Below, piece after piece: positions 9,604-18,588 of a stretch of 56,950 nt of DNA. The stretch comes from Candidatus Omnitrophota bacterium (GTDB taxonomy: Bacteria; Omnitrophota; Omnitrophia; Omnitrophales; Omnitrophaceae): assembly GCA_029561555.1 (NCBI GenBank), contig JAKQXH010000045.1, positions 1-56,950 of the forward strand, read 5' to 3'. Below the pieces are notes generated by a model. It saw only the letters and a program-made list of their open reading frames with translations, ran no database searches and was not told the DNA's origin. Made by a program: the position numbers and the translations under genes. Position 1 is the stretch's first letter. Each line of letters starts with the position of its first letter.

Positions 9604-9808
9604 TTCTTGTCTTCTCTCTTACCTATGAATCGTGTCGCACCGGCCCCGGTGCCGGATTGGATTTATCGTTCTTAGACTTCTTCCGCATCCTCAAAAATAC
9701 GGCGTTTATTTTTTGAAGCGAATGAAATCCGCCGGGATTTCAGAAAAAAAACCGCAAAGACCTTCCCTCGAATTCCTCTGAGCGAAAAAAATAAATACCG
9801 TTCCTCCC

Positions 9809-12499
9809 TCAGCTTCCGCAGCATTTTTTGTATTTCTTCCCGCTCCCACAGGGACAGGGATCGTTCCTCCCGACTTTCGCCTCTTTCCGGCGATACGTCT
9901 CCTGCGCCACGGCACTGCCTCCCGATTTCGGTAACAATCCCGAAGCCGGTGAAACGTTTCCGGCGGGCGAAGACGCTTCGGAAGACTGCTTTTGTTCAAA
10001 GGCGCTTTTAGATGTCTCCCCCGCCTCCGGATGAAGAAATTCCTGCTGAATGGAATCAAACACGGTATGAATCTTCTCCTGCCGCACGGCTTCCGCCTTG
10101 AAAATAAAATCGACGGCGTCTTCCTTGATCGCGTCCGTCATGGTTTCAAACATTTCAAAAGCCTCCCGCTTGTACTCCACCAGCGGATCGGTTTGCCCGT
10201 AAGCCCTGAGATGAATTCCCTCCCGCAATTCGTCCAGGCTGCGCAGATGCTCCTTCCATTTCGCGTCGATAATCTGCAGCAAAACCGACTGGATCAGATA
10301 GAGCATCAGCTCCTTCCCGAGCCTTGATTCTTTCTCCGCATAGGCCTTTCCGATCTCCTCAAAAATATCCTCTTTCAGGATCTCGAGGTCCTTCAGACCC
10401 GTGATCTCGGCCAGAAGTTTTTCGAGCGAAACACCGAACTTGCTCCGGAATTCCGAAAGCAGGGTCTCCCGCGCCTGATCGGGATCCTGCTCGATCGAAT
10501 CCGTGTTCCTTGAAAGAATGATTTCGATCACATCTTCCGCCATATCCAGAAAATGACGGCCCAAATCTTTCCCCTCCAGAACCGATTTCCGCTCGTCGTA
10601 AATAATCTCCCTCTGGCGGTTCATCACGTCGTCGTATTCAAGCAAGTGTTTCCGGATTTCGAAATTATGTCCTTCCACGCGTTTCTGAGCGGTGGCGATC
10701 GCTTTGGTCACGAGGGGATGCTGAATTTCCTGGCCTTCTTCCATGCCCATTTTCTGCATGAGTCCGGAAATACGGTCCGACCCGAACAGGCGCATCAGGT
10801 CATCTTCCAGCGAAAGGAAAAATTTAGATGAGCCCGGATCGCCCTGCCGTCCCGCGCGGCCCCGGAGCTGGTTGTCAATCCGGCGCGCCTCATGCCTTTC
10901 CGTGCCGATCACATGCAGTCCGCCTTTCTCAGCCACGCCGCTCCCCAGCAGGATATCCGTCCCCCGACCCGCCATATTCGTCGCAATCGTGATGGCGCTT
11001 TCCTGTCCCGCCCTCGAGACAATCTCGGCCTCCTTCTCGTGATATTTCGCGTTCAAAACGGTATGCGGGAAATTAAGGCGCTCCAGCATCTTGTGCAGCC
11101 GCTCGGATTTTTCGATCGATGTGGTTCCCACCAGCACCGGCCTTCCGGACTTGTGCAGGTCAACGATCTCGCTCACCACGGCGTTGAATTTCTCTTTCTC
11201 CGTCCGGTAGATGCAATCCGGATCGTTGCGCCGAATCAACGGTCTGTTGGTAGGGATCACCGCGACCTCCAGCTTGTAGATTTTCTCAAATTCAACGGCT
11301 TCCGTCTCCGCAGTCCCCGTCATCCCGGCCAATTTTTTATACATTCGGAAGTAATTTTGAAACGTGATCGTCGCGAGCGTCTGATTTTCCCGCTCGATTT
11401 TCACATTTTCCTTCGCCTCCAACGCCTGATGGAGCCCGTCGGAAAACCGCCGCCCCGGCATCAGCCGGCCCGTAAATTCGTCGACAATAATCACCTTGCC
11501 TTCTTTGATGACATAATCGACGTCCAGCGTGAAAAACTCCTTCGCCCGGAGCGCGGTGATAATCTGATGCCGCTCGTCGATCGTTTTCAGGTCATGAAGG
11601 CTTTCGACCCCCATCGCCTTCGCCCCTTTGGTCTCCCCGTCCTCCGTCAGAAGAATCGTCTTCGCCTTTTCGTTGGCGACATAATCGCAGGACTTTTTGA
11701 TTTCCTCCATCTTCTCTTTCCACTCGGGGTCGACCTCCTCCTTTGCGATCCGGTAACCTTTCATCGACATCGCGGCCCTCCGGGCCTTCACGTACTTGTC
11801 GGTAGATTCCTCGGCCGGCCCCGAAATAATCAGAGGCGTCCGCGCTTCGTCGATCAGAATACTGTCAACCTCGTCGACAATCGCGTAATTCAATTTCCCC
11901 TGAACCCGTCCCTCGAGCGATACGGCCATATTGTCGCGCAAATAATCGAATCCGAATTCATTGTTCGTGCCGTAAGTGATGTCGCAGGCGTAGGCCTTTT
12001 TCCGGTCCTCGTATTCCATGTCATGCTGAATCACCCCGATCGTAAGCCCGAGAAATTCATACAGCGGTCCCATCCACTGACGGTCACGCCGGGCCAGGTA
12101 ATCGTTCACCGTCACGACATGGACCCCGTCTCCCGGGAGCGCGTTCAGATAAACCGGAAGCGTCCCCACCAGGGTTTTCCCTTCTCCCGTCGCCATTTCG
12201 GCGATAATTCCCTTGTGCAGAATGATGCCTCCCAGCAGCTGAACGTCAAAATGCCTCATTTTCAAAACCCGCCGTCCGGCCTCCCGCACCACCGCGAACA
12301 CCTCAGGCAAGATGTCGTCGAGCGTCGCGCCATCCTTCAGGCGCGCCCTGAATTCATCCGTTTTCGCCCGAAGCGCGGCATCGGAAAGCGCTTGAACGGA
12401 AGATTCCAGACCGTTAATCGCATGAACGACCGGCCAGAGTTTCTTAAGCCGACGTTCGTTTTGAGTTCCCAGAATTTTTTTGACTATATATTTGAGCAT
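9809..12499 (-). CDS. secA: Preprotein translocase ATPase SecA
   Basis: [55 protein letters not shown]-terminal SEC-C motif [18 protein letters not shown]. Confidence 0.99.
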   Translation of the reverse strand: MLKYIVKKILGTQNERRLKKLWPVVHAINGLESSVQALSDAALRAKTDEFRARLKDGATLDDILPEVFAVVREAGRRVLKMRHFDVQLLGGIILHKGIIAEMATGEGKTLVGTLPVYLNALPGDGVHVVTVNDYLARRDRQWMGPLYEFLGLTIGVIQHDMEYEDRKKAYACDITYGTNNEFGFDYLRDNMAVSLEGRVQGKLNYAIVDEVDSILIDEARTPLIISGPAEESTDKYVKARRAAMSMKGYRIAKEEVDPEWKEKMEEIKKSCDYVANEKAKTILLTEDGETKGAKAMGVESLHDLKTIDERHQIITALRAKEFFTLDVDYVIKEGKVIIVDEFTGRLMPGRRFSDGLHQALEAKENVKIERENQTLATITFQNYFRMYKKLAGMTGTAETEAVEFEKIYKLEVAVIPTNRPLIRRNDPDCIYRTEKEKFNAVVSEIVDLHKSGRPVLVGTTSIEKSERLHKMLERLNFPHTVLNAKYHEKEAEIVSRAGQESAITIATNMAGRGTDILLGSGVAEKGGLHVIGTERHEARRIDNQLRGRAGRQGDPGSSKFFLSLEDDLMRLFGSDRISGLMQKMGMEEGQEIQHPLVTKAIATAQKRVEGHNFEIRKHLLEYDDVMNRQREIIYDERKSVLEGKDLGRHFLDMAEDVIEIILSRNTDSIEQDPDQARETLLSEFRSKFGVSLEKLLAEITGLKDLEILKEDIFEEIGKAYAEKESRLGKELMLYLIQSVLLQIIDAKWKEHLRSLDELREGIHLRAYGQTDPLVEYKREAFEMFETMTDAIKEDAVDFIFKAEAVRQEKIHTVFDSIQQEFLHPEAGETSKSAFEQKQSSEASSPAGNVSPASGLLPKSGGSAVAQETYRRKEAKVGRNDPCPCGSGKKYKKCCGS

Positions 12500-12501
12500 G
12501 G

Positions 12502-13615
12502 CTAGAGTTTCTGCATATTCTGCTTGAGGTAAGCCTGCATGAAGGCATCCACATCGCCGTCCATCACATCCGCCCCGCTGGAGGTCTCGTAATCGGTGCG
12601 GTGATCCTTGACCATCGTGTACGGATGAAACACATAGGAGCGAATTTGAGATCCCCAGGCGATTTCTTTTTTCTCCCCGTATTTCTGGAGCGTCTTTTCG
12701 CTTTCCTCCTTCTTCTTCTTCTCGTAAAGGCGGGATTTCAGGATTTTAAGCGCCATTTGCTTGTTCTTGTATTGTGAGCGCTCGTTCTGGCACTGCGCGA
12801 TAATGCCGGTTGGAATATGAGTGATTCGAATCGCGCTTTCCGTCTTGTTCACATGCTGCCCGCCGGCTCCCCCCGCGCGAAAGGTATCGATTTTGAGGTC
12901 TTCGTCTTTGATCTCGATATCAACGTCGTCTTCCACTTCCGCGATCGCATCTACCGACGCAAACGAAGTATGCCTGCGCTTATTCGCGTCAAAAGGAGAA
13001 ATACGAACCAATCGATGCACCCCGCATTCCGCCTTCAGGTAGCCGAAAGCATACGGTCCGTGCACGCAAAACGTCACATTCTTGATCCCCGCTTCTTCCC
13101 CCTGCAGAAGGTCCACCATTTCGGTCTCAAACCCCTGTTTCTCCGCCCAGCGCATATACATCCGGAACAGCATGCTAGCCCAATCACACGATTCGGTTCC
13201 TCCCGCGCCGGCATTAATACTCAGAATCGCACCAAAAGCGTCTTCGGGTTCGGAAAAAATCCGGGTAAACTCAAGCGTGTCCACTTCATGGACCAGTTTC
13301 CCGATTTCGGTGCGGAGTTCCGGCAGGGACCCGTCCTTCTCGTCGGTAATCAGCGCCGTAAATTCCTTGAGATGATCAAAATCCGAGCGGCATTTCTTCC
13401 AGGTTTCCACCACGGGCTTGAGTTGTTTCAGGCGGGCAACGGTCTCTTTGACGACGGTCTGATTGTCCCAGAAACCGCTTTCGGCCATTCGTTGGTTGAG
13501 CGAAGCAATTTCCTGTTCCTTGCCGGTGAGGTCAAAGGTGCCTCCCGAGGTCGCCGAGTTTCACCTCTATCTCTTCCAGCTTTTTCCTCAACTCGCTTAA
13601 ATTCAGATTTTCCAA
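12502..13615 (-). CDS. prfB: Peptide chain release factor 2 (programmed +1 frameshift at 13537-13531)
   Basis: SPF and GGQ motifs. Upstream frame TTG(13615, SD AAGGGGA)...CTC GGG AGG CAC CTT TGA C joins the listed ORF after a +1 shift, giving ~370 aa. Confidence 0.96.
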
Positions 13616-13665
13616 AATATTCCCCTTATGATGAAAGTTTCATGGAAAGCGAAAAACGGGGATTC

Positions 13666-13694
13666 ACTATAACAGTATCCATTCGGCTTGTCAA
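13666..13694 (-). promoter_or_regulatory. sigma70 promoter upstream of prfB-secA-lnt
   Basis: TTGACA-17 nt-TATAGT with TGn extension; the -35 overlaps the uvrC stop. Confidence 0.7.
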
Positions 13695-15136
13695 ATAGGC
13701 GCATCCGCTGCGCCTAAACGCCGCAGGATTTTCAGGGCAACGGAAAGATTCATGCCGGGAAGCGCGGCAATTTCATCCGCCGGCGCTTGTTTTAAGGCTT
13801 CGACCGATTCAAAATGACGAAGCAGACGTCTCTTCCGTTTCTCCCCGACGCCTTCGATTTCATCCAGCAGGGACCGAAACACCCGTTTTCCGTGAAGCTT
13901 CCGGTGATAGGAAATCGCAAAGCGATGCGCCTCGTCGCGAATCCGCTGCAGCAGATGCAAGGCCTTGGAATCCCCGGGCAAAACCAGAGGACTTTCCGAA
14001 TGCCCCGTAAAAACCAGCTCGAATTGCTTTGCGATGGAAATGACGGGGATTTCGGCGTACCCCTCCCGATCGAGAATCTGCCGGGCCCTGCCGTAATGTC
14101 CTTTCCCTCCGTCGATCATGATCAAATCCGGGACGACCTGCTCCCGCCCCTCGCGGACGGCATTCAGCATTCTTCTCAGCGCTTCTCCGATCATCGAGTA
14201 ATCGTCGGATCCCGAAACCGTCCGGATCCGGTATCGTCGATATTCATTCTTGTCGGGCATCTCATAGTAAAAACTGACCCGGGAAGCGACCGCATCCTCT
14301 CCCGAAATATTCGAGACATCAAAGCAGACGATCCTCTCGGGAAATCGCTTGAGTTTGAGGATTTTTCTGAGCTCGGCCGTCGCGGACATCGTCACTCCGG
14401 AGATTTCGCGGCTTCGGAAAAACCTTTTCTTTCTGAGATTCCCGAGGGCCTGGATTTGCTCTTTGAAAAACTGGGCTTCTTCGAAAGCCAGGCGACGGGC
14501 GGCTTCTTCCATCTTCTCGGTCAGATACTGCATCATCGTTTTCTTCCCCCCGCCGATAAACTCCTTCACCTCCCGCAGCAGGCGGTCATATTCGCCTTTC
14601 ACCTCCGGCTGAATGCAGGGGGCAAGGCACTGCCCGATGTCGTAGTAAAGGCAAGCCCTCTTCGGAAGGGTCCGGCATTTCCTCAGGGGGAAAATCCTGT
14701 TGATCATCCGGACCGCCTCCCGCAAAAGTCTGGCATCGGTAAACGGACCGTAATAAACGGATTTCCGGTCTTCCTTCCTCCTCGTGATCTCAATCCTCGG
14801 AAACCGGTCTCCCGTGATGCGGACCAGCGGAAACGATTTATCATCCTTGGCAAGCGTATTGTAGCGGGGAGAAAATTTCCGGATCAGCCGGGCTTCGAGC
14901 AGGAGCGCGTCCATTTCGGTCGGGGTCTCGATAAAATCAATGTCGGAAATCTTTCCGACCAAGGCCGCGACTTTGGGCGGAAGGCCTTTCGTCCTGAAAT
15001 AGGAAGAGACACGGCCCCGGAGGTTGAGTGCTTTTCCGATGTACAGGATGTCTCCCTCCCGGTTTTTCATCAAATAAACGCCGGGACGTGCGGGAAGTTC
15101 TTTAAGCCTCTTTGCAACATCCATAGAAAAATCCAA
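13691..15136 (-). CDS. uvrC: Excinuclease ABC subunit C (compact form); start may be ATG 15124
   Basis: GIY-YIG (PGVYLM...YIGKA), Cys cluster, UVR helix pair, RNase H-like FDVSN...DDY...IDGGKG...RDEAHRFA, HhH GVGEK. Confidence 0.95.
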   Translation of the reverse strand: MDFSMDVAKRLKELPARPGVYLMKNREGDILYIGKALNLRGRVSSYFRTKGLPPKVAALVGKISDIDFIETPTEMDALLLEARLIRKFSPRYNTLAKDDKSFPLVRITGDRFPRIEITRRKEDRKSVYYGPFTDARLLREAVRMINRIFPLRKCRTLPKRACLYYDIGQCLAPCIQPEVKGEYDRLLREVKEFIGGGKKTMMQYLTEKMEEAARRLAFEEAQFFKEQIQALGNLRKKRFFRSREISGVTMSATAELRKILKLKRFPERIVCFDVSNISGEDAVASRVSFYYEMPDKNEYRRYRIRTVSGSDDYSMIGEALRRMLNAVREGREQVVPDLIMIDGGKGHYGRARQILDREGYAEIPVISIAKQFELVFTGHSESPLVLPGDSKALHLLQRIRDEAHRFAISYHRKLHGKRVFRSLLDEIEGVGEKRKRRLLRHFESVEALKQAPADEIAALPGMNLSVALKILRRLGAADAPI

Positions 15137-15177
15137 GCCAGTCCGAAGATTGCATCCGCAACATGGTTTCTAGGCCC

Positions 15178-16734
15178 TTAAATGAAATTACGCGGGATAT
15201 CCCGGATTTCCCTTATCCCCACCATCAGTCCCACGCCCGCATAACCGGCAATGCCGACGACGATCGCGCAGGATAATGAGATAATCCGGCCCAATTCGGG
15301 AGGGAGAAAGCCGAAATGCAAATGATGATACAGCCAAAGCGACAAAGCCCCCATTAAAAGGCTCACGGAAAGGATTTTCGCGAAAGTCCTGAAAACTTCC
15401 CCGTACCCGACCCCCGGGACATGTCTCTCAAAACGGGTGGCCAACAGAAAAAAACTCAGAATCCCGCTCAGCGACGTGGAAAGGGCCAGCCCCGCTTCCC
15501 GGAGCGGCCACATCAGAATCAGATTCAGGACAATGTTGCATCCGATCGCGATGCAGGAAATCTTAAACGGCGTCCGGGTATCCTGAACCCCGTAAAACGC
15601 GGATGAGAAGATCTTTTGTCCCGCAAACGCGAAAAGCCCGAGCGTATAGCAAAACACCACATTCGCGGTCCTCAAAGTGGAGACCGCGTCAAATTTCCCC
15701 CGTTCGAACAAGACTTGAATCACCGGCGTTCGCAGGAAAATAAGCCCGACCGATGCCGGAATCACGATCGCAAAAATCATCCGGAGCGAAAACGAAAGCG
15801 TCTCCCGAATCGCTCCGTGATTCTTGTCCACCGCGTGTTCCGAAAAAGCGGGCAGCAGGGCGGTACCGAGCGCGATCCCGAACAGGGCCAGAGGGAACTG
15901 CATCAGACGGTTCCCGTACCAAAGAGCCGAATTCGCCCCGTCCCCGACCCAGAATGCGAGCGTCGAATCAATGAGCAGGCTGATCTGCATCACGGCAAAC
16001 GTCATCACGGACGGGAGGATCAATTTGAAAATACGCTTCACGGCGGGATGAAAAAACCGGAACGACATCCGGAACCGGTACCGAATCCTGGAAAGAGGGA
16101 AAAAGTGAAGCAGAACCTGGAGAAATCCCGATAAAAAAATCCCCACGGCCAGCGCATTCGCCTTCGCTTCGAGCGTTTTTCCCACAAACGGGCAGACCGC
16201 CATCACGGTCAGAATCCAGGCCAGATTCAGGATAACGGGGGACAGTGCGGGAAAAAGAAATTTTTTATGCGAATGCAGAATCCCCATAAATAAAGCCACC
16301 TGAGCGAGGAATATCACGTAAGGAAAAAGGACTTTGAGAAATTTGATGACCAGGCACATTTTTTCCGGAAGGTTCAGGTAAAGAAGCGAAAAATGGGCGG
16401 CAAGCAGAAAAATCACGGAAAGAATCCCGAGTCCGAACAGCAGGATGGTGGAAACGATATTCCCGATCTTGTCCGCTTCCTCCTGCCCCTGCTCCTTGAG
16501 CACCTGCGTATAAATCGGGATAAACGCGTTGGCCAGCGCCCCTTCTCCGACCAATCTTCGCAAAAAATTGGGGATCATAAACGCATAGAGGAAAGCGTCC
16601 CAAATCCGCCCCGTCCCGAACATTCTTGCGCTCACAACGTCCCGGACCATCCCGCTGATGCGGCTCACCAGCGTCAGAAAGCCGATCAACCCGGCCGATC
16701 GCATCAAAACCCGCTTGGCTTCCGTTTCTGCCAT
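15178..16734 (-). CDS. murJ: Lipid II flippase MurJ (MviN)
   Basis: SRISGMVRD, AFMIPNFLRRLVGEGA, RLMQFP, LFERGKF, FYGVQDTRTP; many TM segments. Confidence 0.95.
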   Translation of the reverse strand: MAETEAKRVLMRSAGLIGFLTLVSRISGMVRDVVSARMFGTGRIWDAFLYAFMIPNFLRRLVGEGALANAFIPIYTQVLKEQGQEEADKIGNIVSTILLFGLGILSVIFLLAAHFSLLYLNLPEKMCLVIKFLKVLFPYVIFLAQVALFMGILHSHKKFLFPALSPVILNLAWILTVMAVCPFVGKTLEAKANALAVGIFLSGFLQVLLHFFPLSRIRYRFRMSFRFFHPAVKRIFKLILPSVMTFAVMQISLLIDSTLAFWVGDGANSALWYGNRLMQFPLALFGIALGTALLPAFSEHAVDKNHGAIRETLSFSLRMIFAIVIPASVGLIFLRTPVIQVLFERGKFDAVSTLRTANVVFCYTLGLFAFAGQKIFSSAFYGVQDTRTPFKISCIAIGCNIVLNLILMWPLREAGLALSTSLSGILSFFLLATRFERHVPGVGYGEVFRTFAKILSVSLLMGALSLWLYHHLHFGFLPPELGRIISLSCAIVVGIAGYAGVGLMVGIREIRDIPRNFI

Positions 16735-16735
16735 G

Positions 16736-16764
16736 TTGACAACACGCCCCTCGTGTGTTAAATT
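16736..16764 (+). promoter_or_regulatory. sigma70 promoter of rpsT
   Basis: TTGACA-17 nt-TAAATT with TG extension, ~30 nt before the GGAG SD and ATG 16797. Confidence 0.65.
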
Positions 16765-16796
16765 ACGCCCCCTAAATCGGGAAGGAGATTCAAGCT

Positions 16797-17066
16797 ATGC
16801 CTATTACACATTCGGCCGCAAAACATATCCGTGCCGACAAGAAGAAAAGATTGCGCAATCAAGCCGCTATTTCAGAGCTTCATACATTGGTCAAAAAGCT
16901 GCGAACCCTCGTGAAGGAAGATCCTTCCAAAGCCAAAGAGTTTGCCCGTTTTACGATCAAAAGAATCGACAAAGCGGCCTCAAACGGCATCGTCCCCCGC
17001 AAAAGAAGCGACCGGAAGAAAGCCCGTATCACGAGTCTGCTGCAAAAAGCTAAAATTCAGCTTTAA
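16797..17066 (+). CDS. rpsT: 30S ribosomal protein S20
   Basis: MPITHSAAKHIRADKKKRLRN...IDKAASNGIV; basic 89 aa; typical holA/murJ context. Confidence 0.93.
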   Translation: MPITHSAAKHIRADKKKRLRNQAAISELHTLVKKLRTLVKEDPSKAKEFARFTIKRIDKAASNGIVPRKRSDRKKARITSLLQKAKIQL

Positions 17067-17077
17067 ACGGATTCCGT

Positions 17078-18019
17078 TCACCCGAATTTTACGAGGAAAG
17101 ATTCCAACCCCTGCCGAATATCGACGGAGCCTCTCTTCATTCCCCAATTAAGGCGGAAGAGATCTTCAACCGCGGTCTTCAAACGTTTCTCGGCATCGCG
17201 GGCGTTTCGATCCTGAAGCGGCGACCGCCCGATCCGCTTCCACCGCTCCTTGAGCCCGTAATTAAGCGCGCCCATGATTCCCAGCGCCGCTTCTTCCTTC
17301 CTCGATCCGGCTTCTTCGAATAGACGGCTCAAGATTCCGAGCGCTTTTGAAATCTTTCGCTCGTTGAAGGCATGGACGAGATCAAAGGTATTGAACGTCT
17401 GGCCGTTCTCCGAAAGACTCAGGACTTCCTCCGGAGACACTGCTTCTTTCCGGGCCCTTAGGCTCAATTTCTCCAACGCGCCGGCTAGAAGCCGGAAACT
17501 CCCTCCCGACCGTTCGAGCAGAAATTCCAGCGCTTCTCCGGATATTTCATGGCCTTTTTGCTTTAAAAGCCCCTTCGCATAAGACGCCATTTCCTCCCGG
17601 CTTGCCTGCAATGAAAAAGATTTTCCGTAAAACCGTATCCATTCAAAAAATACGTCACTCCCCTTGTCTTCCCCCTTACCGGAAGCGCTCCTGGAATCCC
17701 TCCGGGGAAATTCGTCGGTTTCGAACACGATGATATTCTGAAGGGATATCCCCGTCAGGGCCGCGGCAATCCGTTCTTTCTCGCGCGATGAAAGCTCCGA
17801 CACGTCTTTGACGACGAGAACTTTCCGGGGAGAAAACAAAGAATAGGAAGTCGCGTCTTCGATGAATTTCGGAAGATCGAAATCGGAAGGATAATAGTTT
17901 CGGATCTCCGGCGTCTCTTCCGAAACATTCCGGATAATCTCCAGGAGTTTCTTTTCCCGCAGAAAAGGGTCACCCGCAAGAAAAAAAACCCGCTCCTGAG
18001 GCGCTTCTTTTTTTACCAC
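17078..18019 (-). CDS. holA: DNA polymerase III delta subunit
   Basis: FFLAGDPFLR, SLFSPRKVLVVKD, LEKLSL, FDLVHA; downstream of lptE and convergent with rpsT. Confidence 0.8.
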   Translation of the reverse strand: MVKKEAPQERVFFLAGDPFLREKKLLEIIRNVSEETPEIRNYYPSDFDLPKFIEDATSYSLFSPRKVLVVKDVSELSSREKERIAAALTGISLQNIIVFETDEFPRRDSRSASGKGEDKGSDVFFEWIRFYGKSFSLQASREEMASYAKGLLKQKGHEISGEALEFLLERSGGSFRLLAGALEKLSLRARKEAVSPEEVLSLSENGQTFNTFDLVHAFNERKISKALGILSRLFEEAGSRKEEAALGIMGALNYGLKERWKRIGRSPLQDRNARDAEKRLKTAVEDLFRLNWGMKRGSVDIRQGLESFLVKFG

Positions 18020-18534
18020 TCTTCGACCACCCGATTTGCTATCTTTTCGGCAAGATCGGCAATGGCTTTCTCCGTCGCTTGTTCCTGTGAAATGGCCCTC
18101 GGGCCCTGGATAAAGTAGTCCGTCTCTCCCGTGAAATTCTTTTCTTTCCAGTAAACTTTCTTCGTCCGGGCATCGATCAATTCCAGTCTCACCACGATAA
18201 AAAGACGGTATTGCGCCACCTGCTCGTAAAGATTAAACCGAAACCCCTCCTGTTCGAAGCGGGCCAATTCCCCTTTCAGGATAAGATCCGCGTTTTTTTC
18301 GTCCACGACTTTCAGATTGCCGTCGCGGACCAATTCGTCAATGACGGCCTGCGTCACGCCCGGCTCAAGTCCCGCGATGTACGTCAGCATGCTCTCCGGC
18401 GGAATCGAGTTCCGGAACATGGGAATGGCAATCGTTTTCGCCCCCTCATAAGGCAGCACAATTTTATTGGTATAACCGCAACCGGTCCAAATCACCAGAA
18501 AAGCAAGAAAAACCGCTCGTTTTAAAATATTCAC
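18013..18534 (-). CDS. lptE: LptE-family LPS assembly lipoprotein (likely GTG start 18534)
   Basis: GGGAG SD 7 nt before GTG; lipobox-like IWTG-C GY; TIAIPMFRN...ADLILKGEL; between bamD and holA. Confidence 0.8.
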   Translation of the reverse strand: MNILKRAVFLAFLVIWTGCGYTNKIVLPYEGAKTIAIPMFRNSIPPESMLTYIAGLEPGVTQAVIDELVRDGNLKVVDEKNADLILKGELARFEQEGFRFNLYEQVAQYRLFIVVRLELIDARTKKVYWKEKNFTGETDYFIQGPRAISQEQATEKAIADLAEKIANRVVEEW

Positions 18535-18588
18535 AACAGATCTCCCTTTTCGTGCTTTATTTTGAAACATCAAAATCCGACCCCGGAC

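Noticed and set aside
9723-9750. Hairpin as intrinsic terminator of secA
   Set aside because: The U-tract lies on the wrong side for a - strand transcript.
10892-15181. Long + strand ORFs (537, 293, 455 aa)
   Set aside because: Antisense shadows of secA, prfB and uvrC with no recognisable motifs.
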